A stretch of 64,000 bases of DNA from Candidatus Micrarchaeia archaeon. GTDB lineage: Archaea; Micrarchaeota; Micrarchaeia; CAILAH01. Within the stretch, counting starts at the first letter, position 1. Each line of letters begins with the position of its first letter. The stretch spans positions 17,594 to 81,593 of the forward strand of contig JAVZCB010000005.1 of the NCBI GenBank assembly GCA_038874595.1. Direction: 5' to 3'. A program made the translations under genes and the position numbers. The notes below the pieces were generated by a model that worked only from the letters and a program-made list of their open reading frames with translations, did no database searches and had not been told where the DNA came from. This document shows, one piece after another, positions 19,207 to 29,269 of the stretch.

Positions 19207-19668
19207 ATGAGGTCTGGTGTGCAGGCCAGGGCCAGTGATAAGGCAGCGTTGGCCCTTATTAGCGAGCAGGAAAAACTTACTGGTGGCAAAGCCAGAGAGC
19301 AGAAAGGACTATTGGAGATTATCAATAGCGGCTTTAAGCGTATTACTGGATTCATAATAGATAGTCAAAGAAAAAAGGAGTCTATAGAACGGATAGATAA
19401 CAAGCTGGATAACTGTATGAAAAAGCTTGAGACGATTTATGAGAGCACGGGAAATCCGATACTAAGGAGGGCCGTTCTTGATTCAATTGAGAAAATTAAG
19501 GAGATATATTCACTGCACGTGCTTGAGATTGAAACTATGTATTCATCAAATGAAAAGATTGAGAATAAGCTCGTGTTTTACAAGGTTATGGAGAGCGATG
19601 CGATTGAAGATATGGATGATGTCGTTTCGCAGCTGAAAAAAATGCTTGTGAATCCTGAAAAAAGGTAA
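19207..19668 (+). CDS. Hypothetical coiled-coil protein
   Basis: 153 aa, charged and helical; no recognisable motif. Confidence 0.4.
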   Translation: MRSGVQARASDKAALALISEQEKLTGGKAREQKGLLEIINSGFKRITGFIIDSQRKKESIERIDNKLDNCMKKLETIYESTGNPILRRAVLDSIEKIKEIYSLHVLEIETMYSSNEKIENKLVFYKVMESDAIEDMDDVVSQLKKMLVNPEKR

Positions 19669-19716
19669 GCACAACTAATGACAACTAATGATAAAGAAAA
19701 TAAATACAGGTGTAAG

Positions 19717-19900
19717 TTAATCTTCGCATAGCACAAAAAAACTGCTGTGATAAGCGTGTGCTTGAGTGGTTGGCCTCATAAATCCTGAATAGATTAATCT
19801 TCACATAGCACAAAAAAACTGCTGTGATAAGCGTGTGCTTGAGTGGTTGGCCTCATAAATCCTGAATAGATTAATCTTCGCATAACACAAAAAAGCTGCA
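19717..19900. repeat. Tandem direct repeat, 77-bp unit, about 2.4 copies
   Basis: Units start at 19717, 19794 and 19871; copies 1 and 2 differ at one position; also a 10-bp tandem ACAACTAATG x2 at 19671-19690. Confidence 0.85.
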
Positions 19901-19910
19901 CCTGCCAGCA

Positions 19911-20921
19911 CTAAATAACCTTTATGTCTATTACATACTGGTCTGTATCAGGAGAATATGTGCGCACACGGCGCGTATATATTATTTCTGCCGGCCTGCC
20001 AAGCAAAGATAATGCTTCATCGCATAACTGCTTGACTGCACCTTTTTGTGCAAACCCGTAAACGTGGATTATACACCCATTCTTTGCAGTGTGTGATACA
20101 TAAGGCAAGAATGCAAGCGCATCTTTCGGGAGGGGCATTATTATCCTGTCAGCCCAGTCATTAAACTTCTTATCCTTGAGCACTTCCTTCACGTCACCCT
20201 GGACTGGGATTACCTTGCCTTCAACCTTGTTGAGCTTGACATTCTCAACCGCATACTTATGGCCTTCCGGATTCAATTCTATTGAGTATACGAGTATGCT
20301 CCGCTCTTTTGCTATTATAATGGGGAACGGTGCAACACCTGAAAACAACGCAAGGATATGCTCACCATCCCTTACTTGCTTGAGTATCCGCTCACGCTCG
20401 TGCGAAAGCCGGGGCGAAAAATATACCTTTGACACATCAACCTTGAACCTGCACTTACGTTCCTTGTGCACCGTCTCAGTCCTGTGCTCACCAGCAAGAT
20501 GCCTCAAACCGCGTACCCTATACTCACCGGCAATACCGCTATCCTTCGCAAAAACAGCCCTGACATTCTTATGCAGCCTTAAAATCTCACTGCCTATCTC
20601 CTTTTCCCTGGATTTCAAACTATCTGGTATTTCTATTATTGCAATGTCGCCTATTATGTCAAATGAGCGGATTTCCCTTATCCCAAGTGATTGTGCGATC
20701 GTTCTTGGCCTGCGCTCGCGTGGCTTGACTTGGGCCATTACAACTTCCTTACCTTTAAGATAAGGATGGTCTGCGGTTGAAAGTGGAAAATAGATATATG
20801 AGGAATCACTTTTTATCGTGTAATTGTTATCAAGAAGGTTAAGCTCAACAAGCTTTTTCCTTGTTAACTCTCCCTCCTTTTTTTCAACTTTCAGACATGG
20901 GATATCATTCATGGCCTGCAC
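19911..20921 (-). CDS. Trm5/Taw2-family (Met-10+ like) tRNA methyltransferase
   Basis: Class I methyltransferase core and family-typical C-terminal motifs. Confidence 0.75.
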   Translation of the reverse strand: MQAMNDIPCLKVEKKEGELTRKKLVELNLLDNNYTIKSDSSYIYFPLSTADHPYLKGKEVVMAQVKPRERRPRTIAQSLGIREIRSFDIIGDIAIIEIPDSLKSREKEIGSEILRLHKNVRAVFAKDSGIAGEYRVRGLRHLAGEHRTETVHKERKCRFKVDVSKVYFSPRLSHERERILKQVRDGEHILALFSGVAPFPIIIAKERSILVYSIELNPEGHKYAVENVKLNKVEGKVIPVQGDVKEVLKDKKFNDWADRIIMPLPKDALAFLPYVSHTAKNGCIIHVYGFAQKGAVKQLCDEALSLLGRPAEIIYTRRVRTYSPDTDQYVIDIKVI

Positions 20922-20993
20922 CCAAAACTTAAACCACGCCTCATAATTTATACGCTGCTAACCTTCCTGATGTTAAAAGCACTCAACCAACAC

Positions 20994-21374
20994 CTAAACC
21001 AAATCATCCACTGTCCTGTTGATTAGCTGTGCCTTTTCCAGTGAGATTGATGCATTATCTGACAGCTCGCCTACACGTATGAACAGCCAGCCAGCACGCG
21101 GTACACGCCACGCAACATATGCTGAAACACTCGTGGACTCTTCCCACTTCTTAAGGAGCTCATACTGCTCTTTACGCAGTGAGAGGCGCTTGCTGTTCCA
21201 CGCCTTGCACTCAAACACATACGCCTCCATCTTCCTGAATGCGAGAAGGTCCGGGGCGGTTGTGTACACTCCTGAGCCAGCTGCACGGACTACCATAAAG
21301 CCGCGCTGTGCAAGCAAATCTGCAAGCTCGCGCTCAAACCGCGCGCCTTTTGAGTATGAGTTTTTCAGGGACAT
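20994..21374 (-). CDS. hjc: Holliday junction resolvase Hjc
   Basis: GARFERELADLL...GF.VVRAAGSG...DLLA...ECK pattern characteristic of Hjc. Confidence 0.8.
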   Translation of the reverse strand: MSLKNSYSKGARFERELADLLAQRGFMVVRAAGSGVYTTAPDLLAFRKMEAYVFECKAWNSKRLSLRKEQYELLKKWEESTSVSAYVAWRVPRAGWLFIRVGELSDNASISLEKAQLINRTVDDLV

Positions 21375-21465
21375 ACAAGATAATTTAGGAAACTTAAAAT
21401 AAAAAGCAAATCAAAGGGAAATTCCTTTAACTAATCTAGCAATTACCAAAACCTTTTCTAATTTA

Positions 21466-22728
21466 TTATCCTGTGCTTGCCGAGTACTTCTTCTCAAGCA
21501 CCGGTTCTGCCTTGACAATCTCATCCCCTACTATATAAACCTCAAACTTCCCAATTTCTGGGACGCCGGCCTTTACCGTGCTTGGGAGAATGGCAGTGAC
21601 ATACATACTCCTTACATAATACTCCTTCCCACCTATCGGTATCGCAATGTTACCGGTTGATGCGTTGCACACCCTATACACTTCCACGGAGATGGGCGTG
21701 TAATTTATGCTTTGCAGCGCATTTGCAATTTTCTGCTCGTCACCTTCATAGTTAAACCTCATTTCAAGCATGGGCGGCGAGAAGGAGACGTTAACTGTAT
21801 TGTTTGTAACTTTCGCAACCACATCACTTATCTGCTCCTCCGTGTATGTATAGTTATCATAAAACACCAGCTTGTTAAACTGCACCACATAAAGGCCTGG
21901 AAGGTACTTCTTTATCTCATTAATCTGTGTTTTGTTAAATGTATCGGTTGCATACACTGTGGTATCGCTTACATAGTTGAACCTGATGTTTGTTGCATTA
22001 ATGGCTTTGAGGGATTCGTTGAGGGCATCGAGCGACCTGCGCACACCTTCCCTATCGTGCCACATAAAGTACATTCTTGCATAATGCTCCGGATATAACT
22101 TTAACGGGAGCACCGGCATATCTACAACTTCGGTGCGCGCAAGTGGGGTCAGCTTTGCGCCTACCACTTGCCCCTTATATATCTGGACAAGTGCGCTGAA
22201 GTACAGCTGCTCGCCCTTCGCGTACGGCTTTGCAACGTTAATCTTGCTCATTGGTATTGATGCCTTTACCTTGCTGCCGTTCTGAAGAGTAAAATCAAAT
22301 GCCTGGCTGCTGTTCACATACGCCTCCAGCAGCATTGTCACATTTTGGTCCAAGGACATCAGGTTCGATGCGACAGGCAGGGTATCATCCCCCGACGATA
22401 ATGTTACTGTGATATACTGTGGGTTTGACTGGTCCAGGTAAATGACCTTATTGCCCGCCTGCAACTGCTTCAGGTAAGCCATTGCTGCAGCATTCGGTCG
22501 CGTGAGCCGGATTACTGGAGAATATGAATTAACTACTAGCATAACGTTCCCCATCCCCACCGAAAGGCTCATCTCCTCTTCTTCAGGTAAGTTCTGGGTC
22601 TGGCTTGTCTGGCCACCGTTTCTAGGCTGGTGCATAAACCACGTAGCAAGTGTTGAAAGCACAAAGATAACTGCAACGAGTACTACGATTGCCTGTATTA
22701 TCTGCATGCGGGTCAGGCTAAGTTTCAT
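21466..22728 (-). CDS. Membrane-anchored extracellular protein
   Basis: N-terminal TM anchor from the ATG at 22728 (track start 22845 is likely upstream of the true start); many N-x-S/T sequons. Confidence 0.5.
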   Translation of the reverse strand: MKLSLTRMQIIQAIVVLVAVIFVLSTLATWFMHQPRNGGQTSQTQNLPEEEEMSLSVGMGNVMLVVNSYSPVIRLTRPNAAAMAYLKQLQAGNKVIYLDQSNPQYITVTLSSGDDTLPVASNLMSLDQNVTMLLEAYVNSSQAFDFTLQNGSKVKASIPMSKINVAKPYAKGEQLYFSALVQIYKGQVVGAKLTPLARTEVVDMPVLPLKLYPEHYARMYFMWHDREGVRRSLDALNESLKAINATNIRFNYVSDTTVYATDTFNKTQINEIKKYLPGLYVVQFNKLVFYDNYTYTEEQISDVVAKVTNNTVNVSFSPPMLEMRFNYEGDEQKIANALQSINYTPISVEVYRVCNASTGNIAIPIGGKEYYVRSMYVTAILPSTVKAGVPEIGKFEVYIVGDEIVKAEPVLEKKYSASTG

Positions 22729-22784
22729 GGGTTTGATTAAGGGGATAAAGTTTAAAGTGTTTTGGATTTGAATAGTGCCGGAAG

Positions 22785-23489
22785 GTGTTATGGATGGCAG
22801 TAGAGAAAGGTGATTTGGTAAAGATAGAGTATACTGCATATACAAAGAGCGGCGATGTCATTGACACGACTGATGCTGAGAAAGCAAAAAAAGGCGGGAT
22901 ATTTGACCCAAAGAAAAAATATGGCGCTGTGGTAATACATGCAGGCCATAACGATGTGCTGGAAGGTGTTGATGAGGGAATCATTGGGATGGAAGAAAAC
23001 GTGCCGAAGGAATTTGAGATCCCACCTGAAAAAGCGTTTGGAAAAAGAAACGAGGACCTGGTAAGGATAATCCCGCTCAAGCAGTTCAGGGAGGCAAATA
23101 TCAACCCTGTGCCAGGTCAGGTTATTAATATAGATAATACGCCCGCAACTATTAGGGCTGTGAACAGTGGTAGGGTGGTTGTGGATTTCAATCATCCATT
23201 GTCTGGGGTCCCGCTGAAGTATGAGGTTAAGGTGCTCAAGGATGCAAAATCGCTTCAGGATAAGGCGTTATTGCTTTCGGAGAAGTATGAGATGAAGGCA
23301 GATGTGAAGGTATCTGGAGATAATGTTTCAGTAGACCTTGGTGTGAGCATATTTGATGATAAGAGGGCGCGCGACTCTGCAGCGGTTGCACTTATTGCAC
23401 GCGAGCTGAAAGAGCACGGTGCAAAGAAAGTCCAGTTCAAGGGTGAATGGAAGCTTTCAGATGAAAGTGCCAACAAAAAAGAGCATTAA
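22785..23489 (+). CDS. FKBP-type peptidyl-prolyl cis-trans isomerase
   Basis: GDLVKIEYTAYTKSGDVIDTT FKBP signature with insert-in-flap and C-terminal domain. Confidence 0.8.
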   Translation: MLWMAVEKGDLVKIEYTAYTKSGDVIDTTDAEKAKKGGIFDPKKKYGAVVIHAGHNDVLEGVDEGIIGMEENVPKEFEIPPEKAFGKRNEDLVRIIPLKQFREANINPVPGQVINIDNTPATIRAVNSGRVVVDFNHPLSGVPLKYEVKVLKDAKSLQDKALLLSEKYEMKADVKVSGDNVSVDLGVSIFDDKRARDSAAVALIARELKEHGAKKVQFKGEWKLSDESANKKEH

Positions 23490-23512
23490 GCACTACTGCC
23501 ACGTTCCTGGAA

Positions 23513-24397
23513 TTAACGTGCTGACGTATTTAGAAACTTGAGCGCTTTCAATGCGCTCTTTTCCTTATCTTTTATCTCAAGCATTAAATCAAATTCTATC
23601 CCTTTTGTATGAGAGAGAAACTCTGCAAAATCCTTGATATCTATTGAATTCGCGTGCGTACCTGGCCTTGCACCGCGCTGCTGCGAGCAGTAATCACACA
23701 TTAACGGGCCGTCCGGTTCGGCCCACGTGTTCTCAGCAAGTAGCATTGCGTTGCGCACACTTTCACCATTATTATTCAAGGAATGGTGAAAACTATCAAA
23801 CAGCACTGGCACACCCGTAATGCTGTTAAGCCGCAGGCAGTCCTTCAATGAGAACTGATGGTCATCATTCTCAACCACAACGCGCTTGCGCACTGAGGCG
23901 GGGAGCGCCCTGTACCTTTCAGCGAACCTCTCAATCGCAGCGGCCTTATCTCCATAAATACCACCAACGTGGATTTGGATTTTTGCATCTCTTCCCAGGC
24001 ACATCAAATCAAGAACCTTGGCGTGGTATTCTAGCTCTGCAATGCTTCTCTTAACCACATCATCATCAAGTGCATTAATCAGGACAAACTGGTCCGGGTG
24101 CATTGAAATGCGTATCCCATTTTCCTTTATGAGCTTGCCTATACTCCTGAACTTCCTGGCAAACTTGCCTGCCCAGTCATATGTGCAGATGGGGTGTGAT
24201 GCAAACGGGATTAGGTCTGAGGAAATCCTGAAGAAAAGTAGGCCGTTTTCTACGTTGAATTGGAGTATCTTCTCGAGGCAGGCCAGATTATTTGTTATGT
24301 GTGTTTCCATGTTCTGCTCTGAGTACGACGCAAGCCTGAACGTGGTGTTTGAAGTGCATCCAATACCTCTGTTTATGCACGGGTATCCAATCCGCAT
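23513..24397 (-). CDS. uvdE: UV damage endonuclease UvdE
   Basis: MRIGYPCIN N-terminus and TIM-barrel UVDE-like motifs. Confidence 0.8.
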   Translation of the reverse strand: MRIGYPCINRGIGCTSNTTFRLASYSEQNMETHITNNLACLEKILQFNVENGLLFFRISSDLIPFASHPICTYDWAGKFARKFRSIGKLIKENGIRISMHPDQFVLINALDDDVVKRSIAELEYHAKVLDLMCLGRDAKIQIHVGGIYGDKAAAIERFAERYRALPASVRKRVVVENDDHQFSLKDCLRLNSITGVPVLFDSFHHSLNNNGESVRNAMLLAENTWAEPDGPLMCDYCSQQRGARPGTHANSIDIKDFAEFLSHTKGIEFDLMLEIKDKEKSALKALKFLNTSAR

Positions 24398-24531
24398 CAG
24401 AAAATTTCTGCTGCAACATTAAAAATAATTATTAGTTAACACCGTTACTACCAACAAGTGTGCTGTGTGCTGCTTATTGAGTTTTATTGAGATTCTTATT
24501 GATAATACCAAGTGCCTGCGCGCTTTTTTGC

Positions 24532-25221
24532 CTATCCTTTTATGACAGTGCCATTGTGCGGCCTACCACAAATGGCTTTCTCCACATCGGCCATATTTCT
24601 CCCGGTAACAAAGTGTGCTTCTATCCCGGAGCGGGCAAGCAGCTTGCAGGCCAGCACATCAAATATGAAATTCTCACCTGCTTTTCTTGAGTCTTTCACG
24701 GCTGCAAGCATAACAAGCTCATTTGAAGTCATCTTCTTGATTTTTTGTGCGTTGCTATCCTTCCGCGGGTCACCTGTATAAATCGCATCGACATTGCTTA
24801 TGTTAACTATCCTTTTTGAGCCCACACGCTCAGCAAGCAGGACTGCATCAGTATCGGTGGTGATACCTGGCAGTGTGCCCCCCATAACAACAAAATCGTT
24901 TGTAACAAGGGCCTGTGCGGCCTCATCAAACGTCTTTGGCAGTGTTTTGTATGCCTTCTCGTGCAGTGCTGCCAATATCAAGTATGCATTCTGCCACGTG
25001 CTCATTATGGCCGCCTGGTCTGCAAGAAACTCGTTGGGCGTAATCTTTCTCATTGCACGCGCGTAGGTGCGTGCTGCCGCGCCACCACCCGTCACTATAG
25101 CAAATTTGTACTTGTTTGAAAGCTTTAACAAAAGAGCAGCTATCCTTTTTATGTACTCAATATCTGGCTCGCCAGGGACAATAAGGCTACCACCTATCGA
25201 AAGTGTGATTACCGGCTTCAT
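24532..25221 (-). CDS. pyrH: Uridylate (UMP) kinase
   Basis: MKPVITLSIGGS and TGGGAAAR motifs; start placed at the internal ATG (25221) rather than track start 25257. Confidence 0.85.
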   Translation of the reverse strand: MKPVITLSIGGSLIVPGEPDIEYIKRIAALLLKLSNKYKFAIVTGGGAAARTYARAMRKITPNEFLADQAAIMSTWQNAYLILAALHEKAYKTLPKTFDEAAQALVTNDFVVMGGTLPGITTDTDAVLLAERVGSKRIVNISNVDAIYTGDPRKDSNAQKIKKMTSNELVMLAAVKDSRKAGENFIFDVLACKLLARSGIEAHFVTGRNMADVEKAICGRPHNGTVIKG

Positions 25222-25305
25222 GATAAGGTGTATGCAAATAATGTTAAAAATATGCAATCATGCAAAAGGACCGCATGCCTTAATGCTGGATTATGTTACA
25301 CCCAC

Positions 25306-25974
25306 TCAATAGCAAAAATGCCTCTTGAAGAGGTAATCTGCAATATTGTTGTTGCCGCACATGCGTGCTATATCAATTGCAGTATGCTGCCATTCATCCT
25401 CAAACAATATCCACGCGCCATTATTAACCAGCATCCTGGCTATGCGCATGCTACCGCTCGCTGATGCAAACATCAACGCCGTGGAGCCAGAGAAGTTGCG
25501 TGCATTGACATCCGCTCCTGCATCAATAAGCATCTTTGCAATTGTTACTTCGCTAAGTGATGCCGCCCACATCAGTGCGTTGTCGCCAAGCACTGTCGGC
25601 AGGTCAACCTGTGCGCCTGCATTGAGCAGATGGGATACAATCCTAATCCTGTTGCACATTGTAGCCAATACTATTACAGGTGTGCCCTCATCATCAACCA
25701 CGTTTGGGTTTGCACCGCTTTCAAGCAGTGCTTTGACCGCACCGCTGTCACCTTTCAGGGTAGCATAAATAAGTGCATAGCCGAGCTGTACGTCATGTCC
25801 CTGCTTGTAAATCCAATTTAAGTCAGGGATGAGCTTATTTATCTTGTTTGTCAAGGGCAGCATAGCATTTTTTCGAAAACTGTTTATCCTATGTGCCTTC
25901 TCTGCGGGGGACTGCGAAGGCTCAACAATAAAATCGCATGCCTGCACTGTTGCTGTTTTCATCTGGCTGATCAT
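25306..25974 (-). CDS. Ankyrin-repeat protein
   Basis: Multiple 33-residue ankyrin repeats with G-TPL..A...G motifs. Confidence 0.7.
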   Translation of the reverse strand: MISQMKTATVQACDFIVEPSQSPAEKAHRINSFRKNAMLPLTNKINKLIPDLNWIYKQGHDVQLGYALIYATLKGDSGAVKALLESGANPNVVDDEGTPVIVLATMCNRIRIVSHLLNAGAQVDLPTVLGDNALMWAASLSEVTIAKMLIDAGADVNARNFSGSTALMFASASGSMRIARMLVNNGAWILFEDEWQHTAIDIARMCGNNNIADYLFKRHFCY

Positions 25975-26334
25975 TTTGCCCCACTCAGTATATATTATTG
26001 TATTTCATACTTAAAAACATTTTGATAGCAGGAAAAGCTAAAACAGGTTAAAAATCATAAAAGCGCTTTTTTTGAAAATTATAGTGAATAGAAGCTTATA
26101 AAAGCGAATTGCGCTTTTATAATTGCTTTTTTGCTCAAACAGATTAACTAAGGTGTTTTTTGCCTCTAAAAAAACAAAGAAAAAGCGTTACCGCCTGAAA
26201 AGTTAAGATTAAATATGGGCATAAAATTTCCGCCTGAATTTTAAGCTTAAATAGAAATTGCTATAATGTATTGGTGCGGGGGGTTAAGTAAAATCGCATG
26301 CCTATGAGTTTTACTGCCTAAGCGGGGTGTTTTA

Positions 26335-29190
26335 ATGGGAGATTATCCAAAGGAGATAATTAAGCGTGATGGACGGAAAGTCCCTTTTGAAATTAACAGG
26401 ATGAAAAACTCAATAAAGAAGGCAATGATTGCTGAGAATTCTTACAAGGCCGATATGTTAGAGAAGGTTGTGGCAGATGCGCTCAAGAGCATAAACATGG
26501 TGTTTAAGGATAAAACCCCTACAGTTGAGGAGGTCCAGGATATAATTGAAGTCGCGCTCATGAAGAACAACCTGTTTAGGGTTGCCAAGTCATACATCAT
26601 ATATAGAAACGAGAAGACAAAGCTTCGGGAGGAAAAAAAGAAGATACTAAATAAGACTGAGCTTGATGAGGTTGACAAGAGGTTCAGTATAAATGCACTG
26701 CGCCTGCTTGCTGCGCGGTATCTCATAAAAGATGACAAGGATATGCCTGTTGAAACACCAAAGCAGATGTTCCAGCGTGTTGCGCTTGCAATGTCCCTAC
26801 CTGAGATATTTTATGATACTCGTGTATATTCCAAGGAGCCGAAGTTTATCATAAGAAAGGAGGATGCGGATATTGAGCTTGCTGAGTATGCACAGCGGCT
26901 TGATGACTATGATAATAAGTATAGCCTGAACGGCTACAAGATTAACAAATGGAATTTTAGCAGGATGATTGCACTGTACAGGGAGCTTGCGCAGGAGGGC
27001 AGGATGAAGATACGCTTTACCGAAGTGCTAAAAATGCTCGAAAGGGGAGAGTTTACGCGTGCAGCAATGATTGCACAGCGCGCGTTTGACCTTATGACAA
27101 GCAAGGATTTCATGCCAAACACACCAACATTGGTTAATGCTGGAAGGAAACTTGGAATGCTCTCCGCATGCTTTACGCTTGATGTTGAGGATGACTTGGA
27201 ATCAATTATGAAGCTGGCGCACGACTGCGCAATAATACACAAGAGCGGTGGCGGTACCGGAATGAATTTCTCAAAGCTACGGCCCGAGGGAGACATTGTA
27301 GCCTCAACAACCGGAGTGGCAAGCGGCCCAATCTCCTTTATGAGGATGATAGATGCCGTATCCGAGGTAATCAAGCAGGGCGGGGTTAGGAGAGCTGCAA
27401 ATATGGGTATCCTTGAGATATGGCACCCGGATATAGAAAAGTTTGTGACTGCAAAGGGGAAGGAGGGTGTTTTGGAAAATTTCAATATATCTGTTGGGAT
27501 AACCGCGGACTTTTGGCCGTACCTTGAGAGAGGGGAGGATTACCCGCTCAGGCATCCACGAACAAACGCTATCATAAGAAAGACTGACCCGAGAAAACTG
27601 TTCAACCTGATTGCATATAACGCCTGGGCGTCAGCTGACCCGGGTGTTCTCTTCTTTGACAATATCAACAAGAGAAACGTTATGAAACGGCTGCGCGGGG
27701 ATGTGCGCGTAACAAACCCGTGCGGTGAGGAGCCACTTTACCCGTATGAATCCTGCAACCTGGCGAGCATAAATGTAGGCAACTTTGTGGTGAAGAACGA
27801 TTCTGGTGAGTATGAGTTTGACTGGGAAGCGTATCACGAAACTATAAAATTTGTTGCACGTGTTCTTGACAATATAATAAGCATAAACAAGTATCCTATT
27901 GAGGATATAGATATCACCACAAAGAAATCAAGAAGGATTGGTGTTGGGCTGATGGGTGTTGCTGATGCGTTGTTCAAGCTGAAGATAAAATACAACAGCA
28001 AGGAAGGGTTCATCTTCTTAAAGAAGCTTGCAGAGCACCTCACATATTACACATACGATTCATCAAGCGAAACTGCCGTGGAAAGAGGTACTTTCCCGAT
28101 ATATGATGAGACCGATTATCCGAAAGGTGAGCTGCCTATCGAGGGGTACTATCATAAGGAGGAGTGGACGTGCGACTGGGATGCCCTTGTTGAAAAAATA
28201 AAGAGAAACGGCTTGAGAAACGCCATGGTCACAACTGCACCCCCAACGGGGTCGATTGGGATGATTGCAGATGCGAGCACTGGGATTGAGCCGGTGTTCT
28301 CACTTGCGTTCGAGAAGAGGGTTTCTGTGGGGTCTTTCTATTACACAAATGAGGTCTTTGAGGAAGAAATCAAGAAGCGCGGACTCTATTCAAGCGAGCT
28401 TGTCAAGAGTATCGTTGATAATTACGGGAGCATCCAGGGACTGCCGGATTCAGTGATGCCTAAAGATATAAAAGATGTATTTGTGACTGCGATGGATATT
28501 CACTGGGCAGACCACATAATGGCACAGGCTGTAATGCAAATGTGGATTACTGATAGCATCAGCAAGACAATTAACATGCCATCCAGCATTACTGTTGAGG
28601 ATGTTGAGCAGGCATATCTCATATCGCACGAGCTTGGCTGCAAAGGGATAACTATTTACAGAGATGAGTCCAAGAGCAGGCAGGTGCTTAACCTGAACGG
28701 TGAGAAGAAGGGGCAAAGAGTAGGAGCAAGAATAAGCGATTACACGTTGGGTGTTATAAGGTCGATAATGATCGAGAGACCGTATCTCTCTGATTACCTA
28801 AAACTCACTGGGGGCACCGCATCAAGCGCTGAAGCGGTTATTACTGCTCCGCTTAAAAGCGTTGTTGAGGGTGGGATTGTCCAAATGAGTGTTGCTGGCT
28901 CTGCTGAAAGCTCGGTAGTTACCTCTGTTGAGCCAATAGTAAATCCTGTTTTAAACAATGGGGAGTTAGGGGAAATAAACCCTGTCATAAAAAGCAATGA
29001 GGAAGTAATTGTTGGGAAAGAGCATACTAAAGTACGACTTCTAGCTGAATCTGCCGGGAATGTTGTACAAAACCATAAAGTGTCACAGAGTGTTCTCATA
29101 TGCCCGTCGTGCGATAGCACAAACGTTGCAAAAGAGTCTGGATGCATGTCTTGCAAAGATTGCGGGTGGAGCGCTTGCACCATTTCGTAA
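26335..29190 (+). CDS. nrdJ: Class II (adenosylcobalamin-dependent) ribonucleotide reductase with N-terminal ATP-cone
   Basis: ATP-cone IKRDGRKVPFE, conserved RNR catalytic core, C-terminal Cys-rich zinc-ribbon; no intein seen. Confidence 0.85.
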   Translation: MGDYPKEIIKRDGRKVPFEINRMKNSIKKAMIAENSYKADMLEKVVADALKSINMVFKDKTPTVEEVQDIIEVALMKNNLFRVAKSYIIYRNEKTKLREEKKKILNKTELDEVDKRFSINALRLLAARYLIKDDKDMPVETPKQMFQRVALAMSLPEIFYDTRVYSKEPKFIIRKEDADIELAEYAQRLDDYDNKYSLNGYKINKWNFSRMIALYRELAQEGRMKIRFTEVLKMLERGEFTRAAMIAQRAFDLMTSKDFMPNTPTLVNAGRKLGMLSACFTLDVEDDLESIMKLAHDCAIIHKSGGGTGMNFSKLRPEGDIVASTTGVASGPISFMRMIDAVSEVIKQGGVRRAANMGILEIWHPDIEKFVTAKGKEGVLENFNISVGITADFWPYLERGEDYPLRHPRTNAIIRKTDPRKLFNLIAYNAWASADPGVLFFDNINKRNVMKRLRGDVRVTNPCGEEPLYPYESCNLASINVGNFVVKNDSGEYEFDWEAYHETIKFVARVLDNIISINKYPIEDIDITTKKSRRIGVGLMGVADALFKLKIKYNSKEGFIFLKKLAEHLTYYTYDSSSETAVERGTFPIYDETDYPKGELPIEGYYHKEEWTCDWDALVEKIKRNGLRNAMVTTAPPTGSIGMIADASTGIEPVFSLAFEKRVSVGSFYYTNEVFEEEIKKRGLYSSELVKSIVDNYGSIQGLPDSVMPKDIKDVFVTAMDIHWADHIMAQAVMQMWITDSISKTINMPSSITVEDVEQAYLISHELGCKGITIYRDESKSRQVLNLNGEKKGQRVGARISDYTLGVIRSIMIERPYLSDYLKLTGGTASSAEAVITAPLKSVVEGGIVQMSVAGSAESSVVTSVEPIVNPVLNNGELGEINPVIKSNEEVIVGKEHTKVRLLAESAGNVVQNHKVSQSVLICPSCDSTNVAKESGCMSCKDCGWSACTIS

Positions 29191-29269
29191 GAAAGATGCA
29201 AGGAAATACCTGAATGCGGAAGCGTAATACAAGATATAAAAACATTACTAATGAAGTATTGATGGTGTT

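Noticed and set aside
19717-19900. Possible CRISPR array
   Set aside because: The repeats are contiguous 77-bp tandem units with no intervening unique spacers, and no cas genes are nearby.
25930-26302. MITE-like insertion flanked by a 14-bp direct repeat
   Set aside because: No terminal inverted repeats inside the direct repeats; one copy lies within the ankyrin coding sequence; a 14-mer match is only weakly significant.
26335-29190. Intein within the ribonucleotide reductase
   Set aside because: The 951-aa length is explained by the N-terminal ATP-cone and C-terminal zinc-ribbon extension; no intein splice-junction blocks interrupt the catalytic core.
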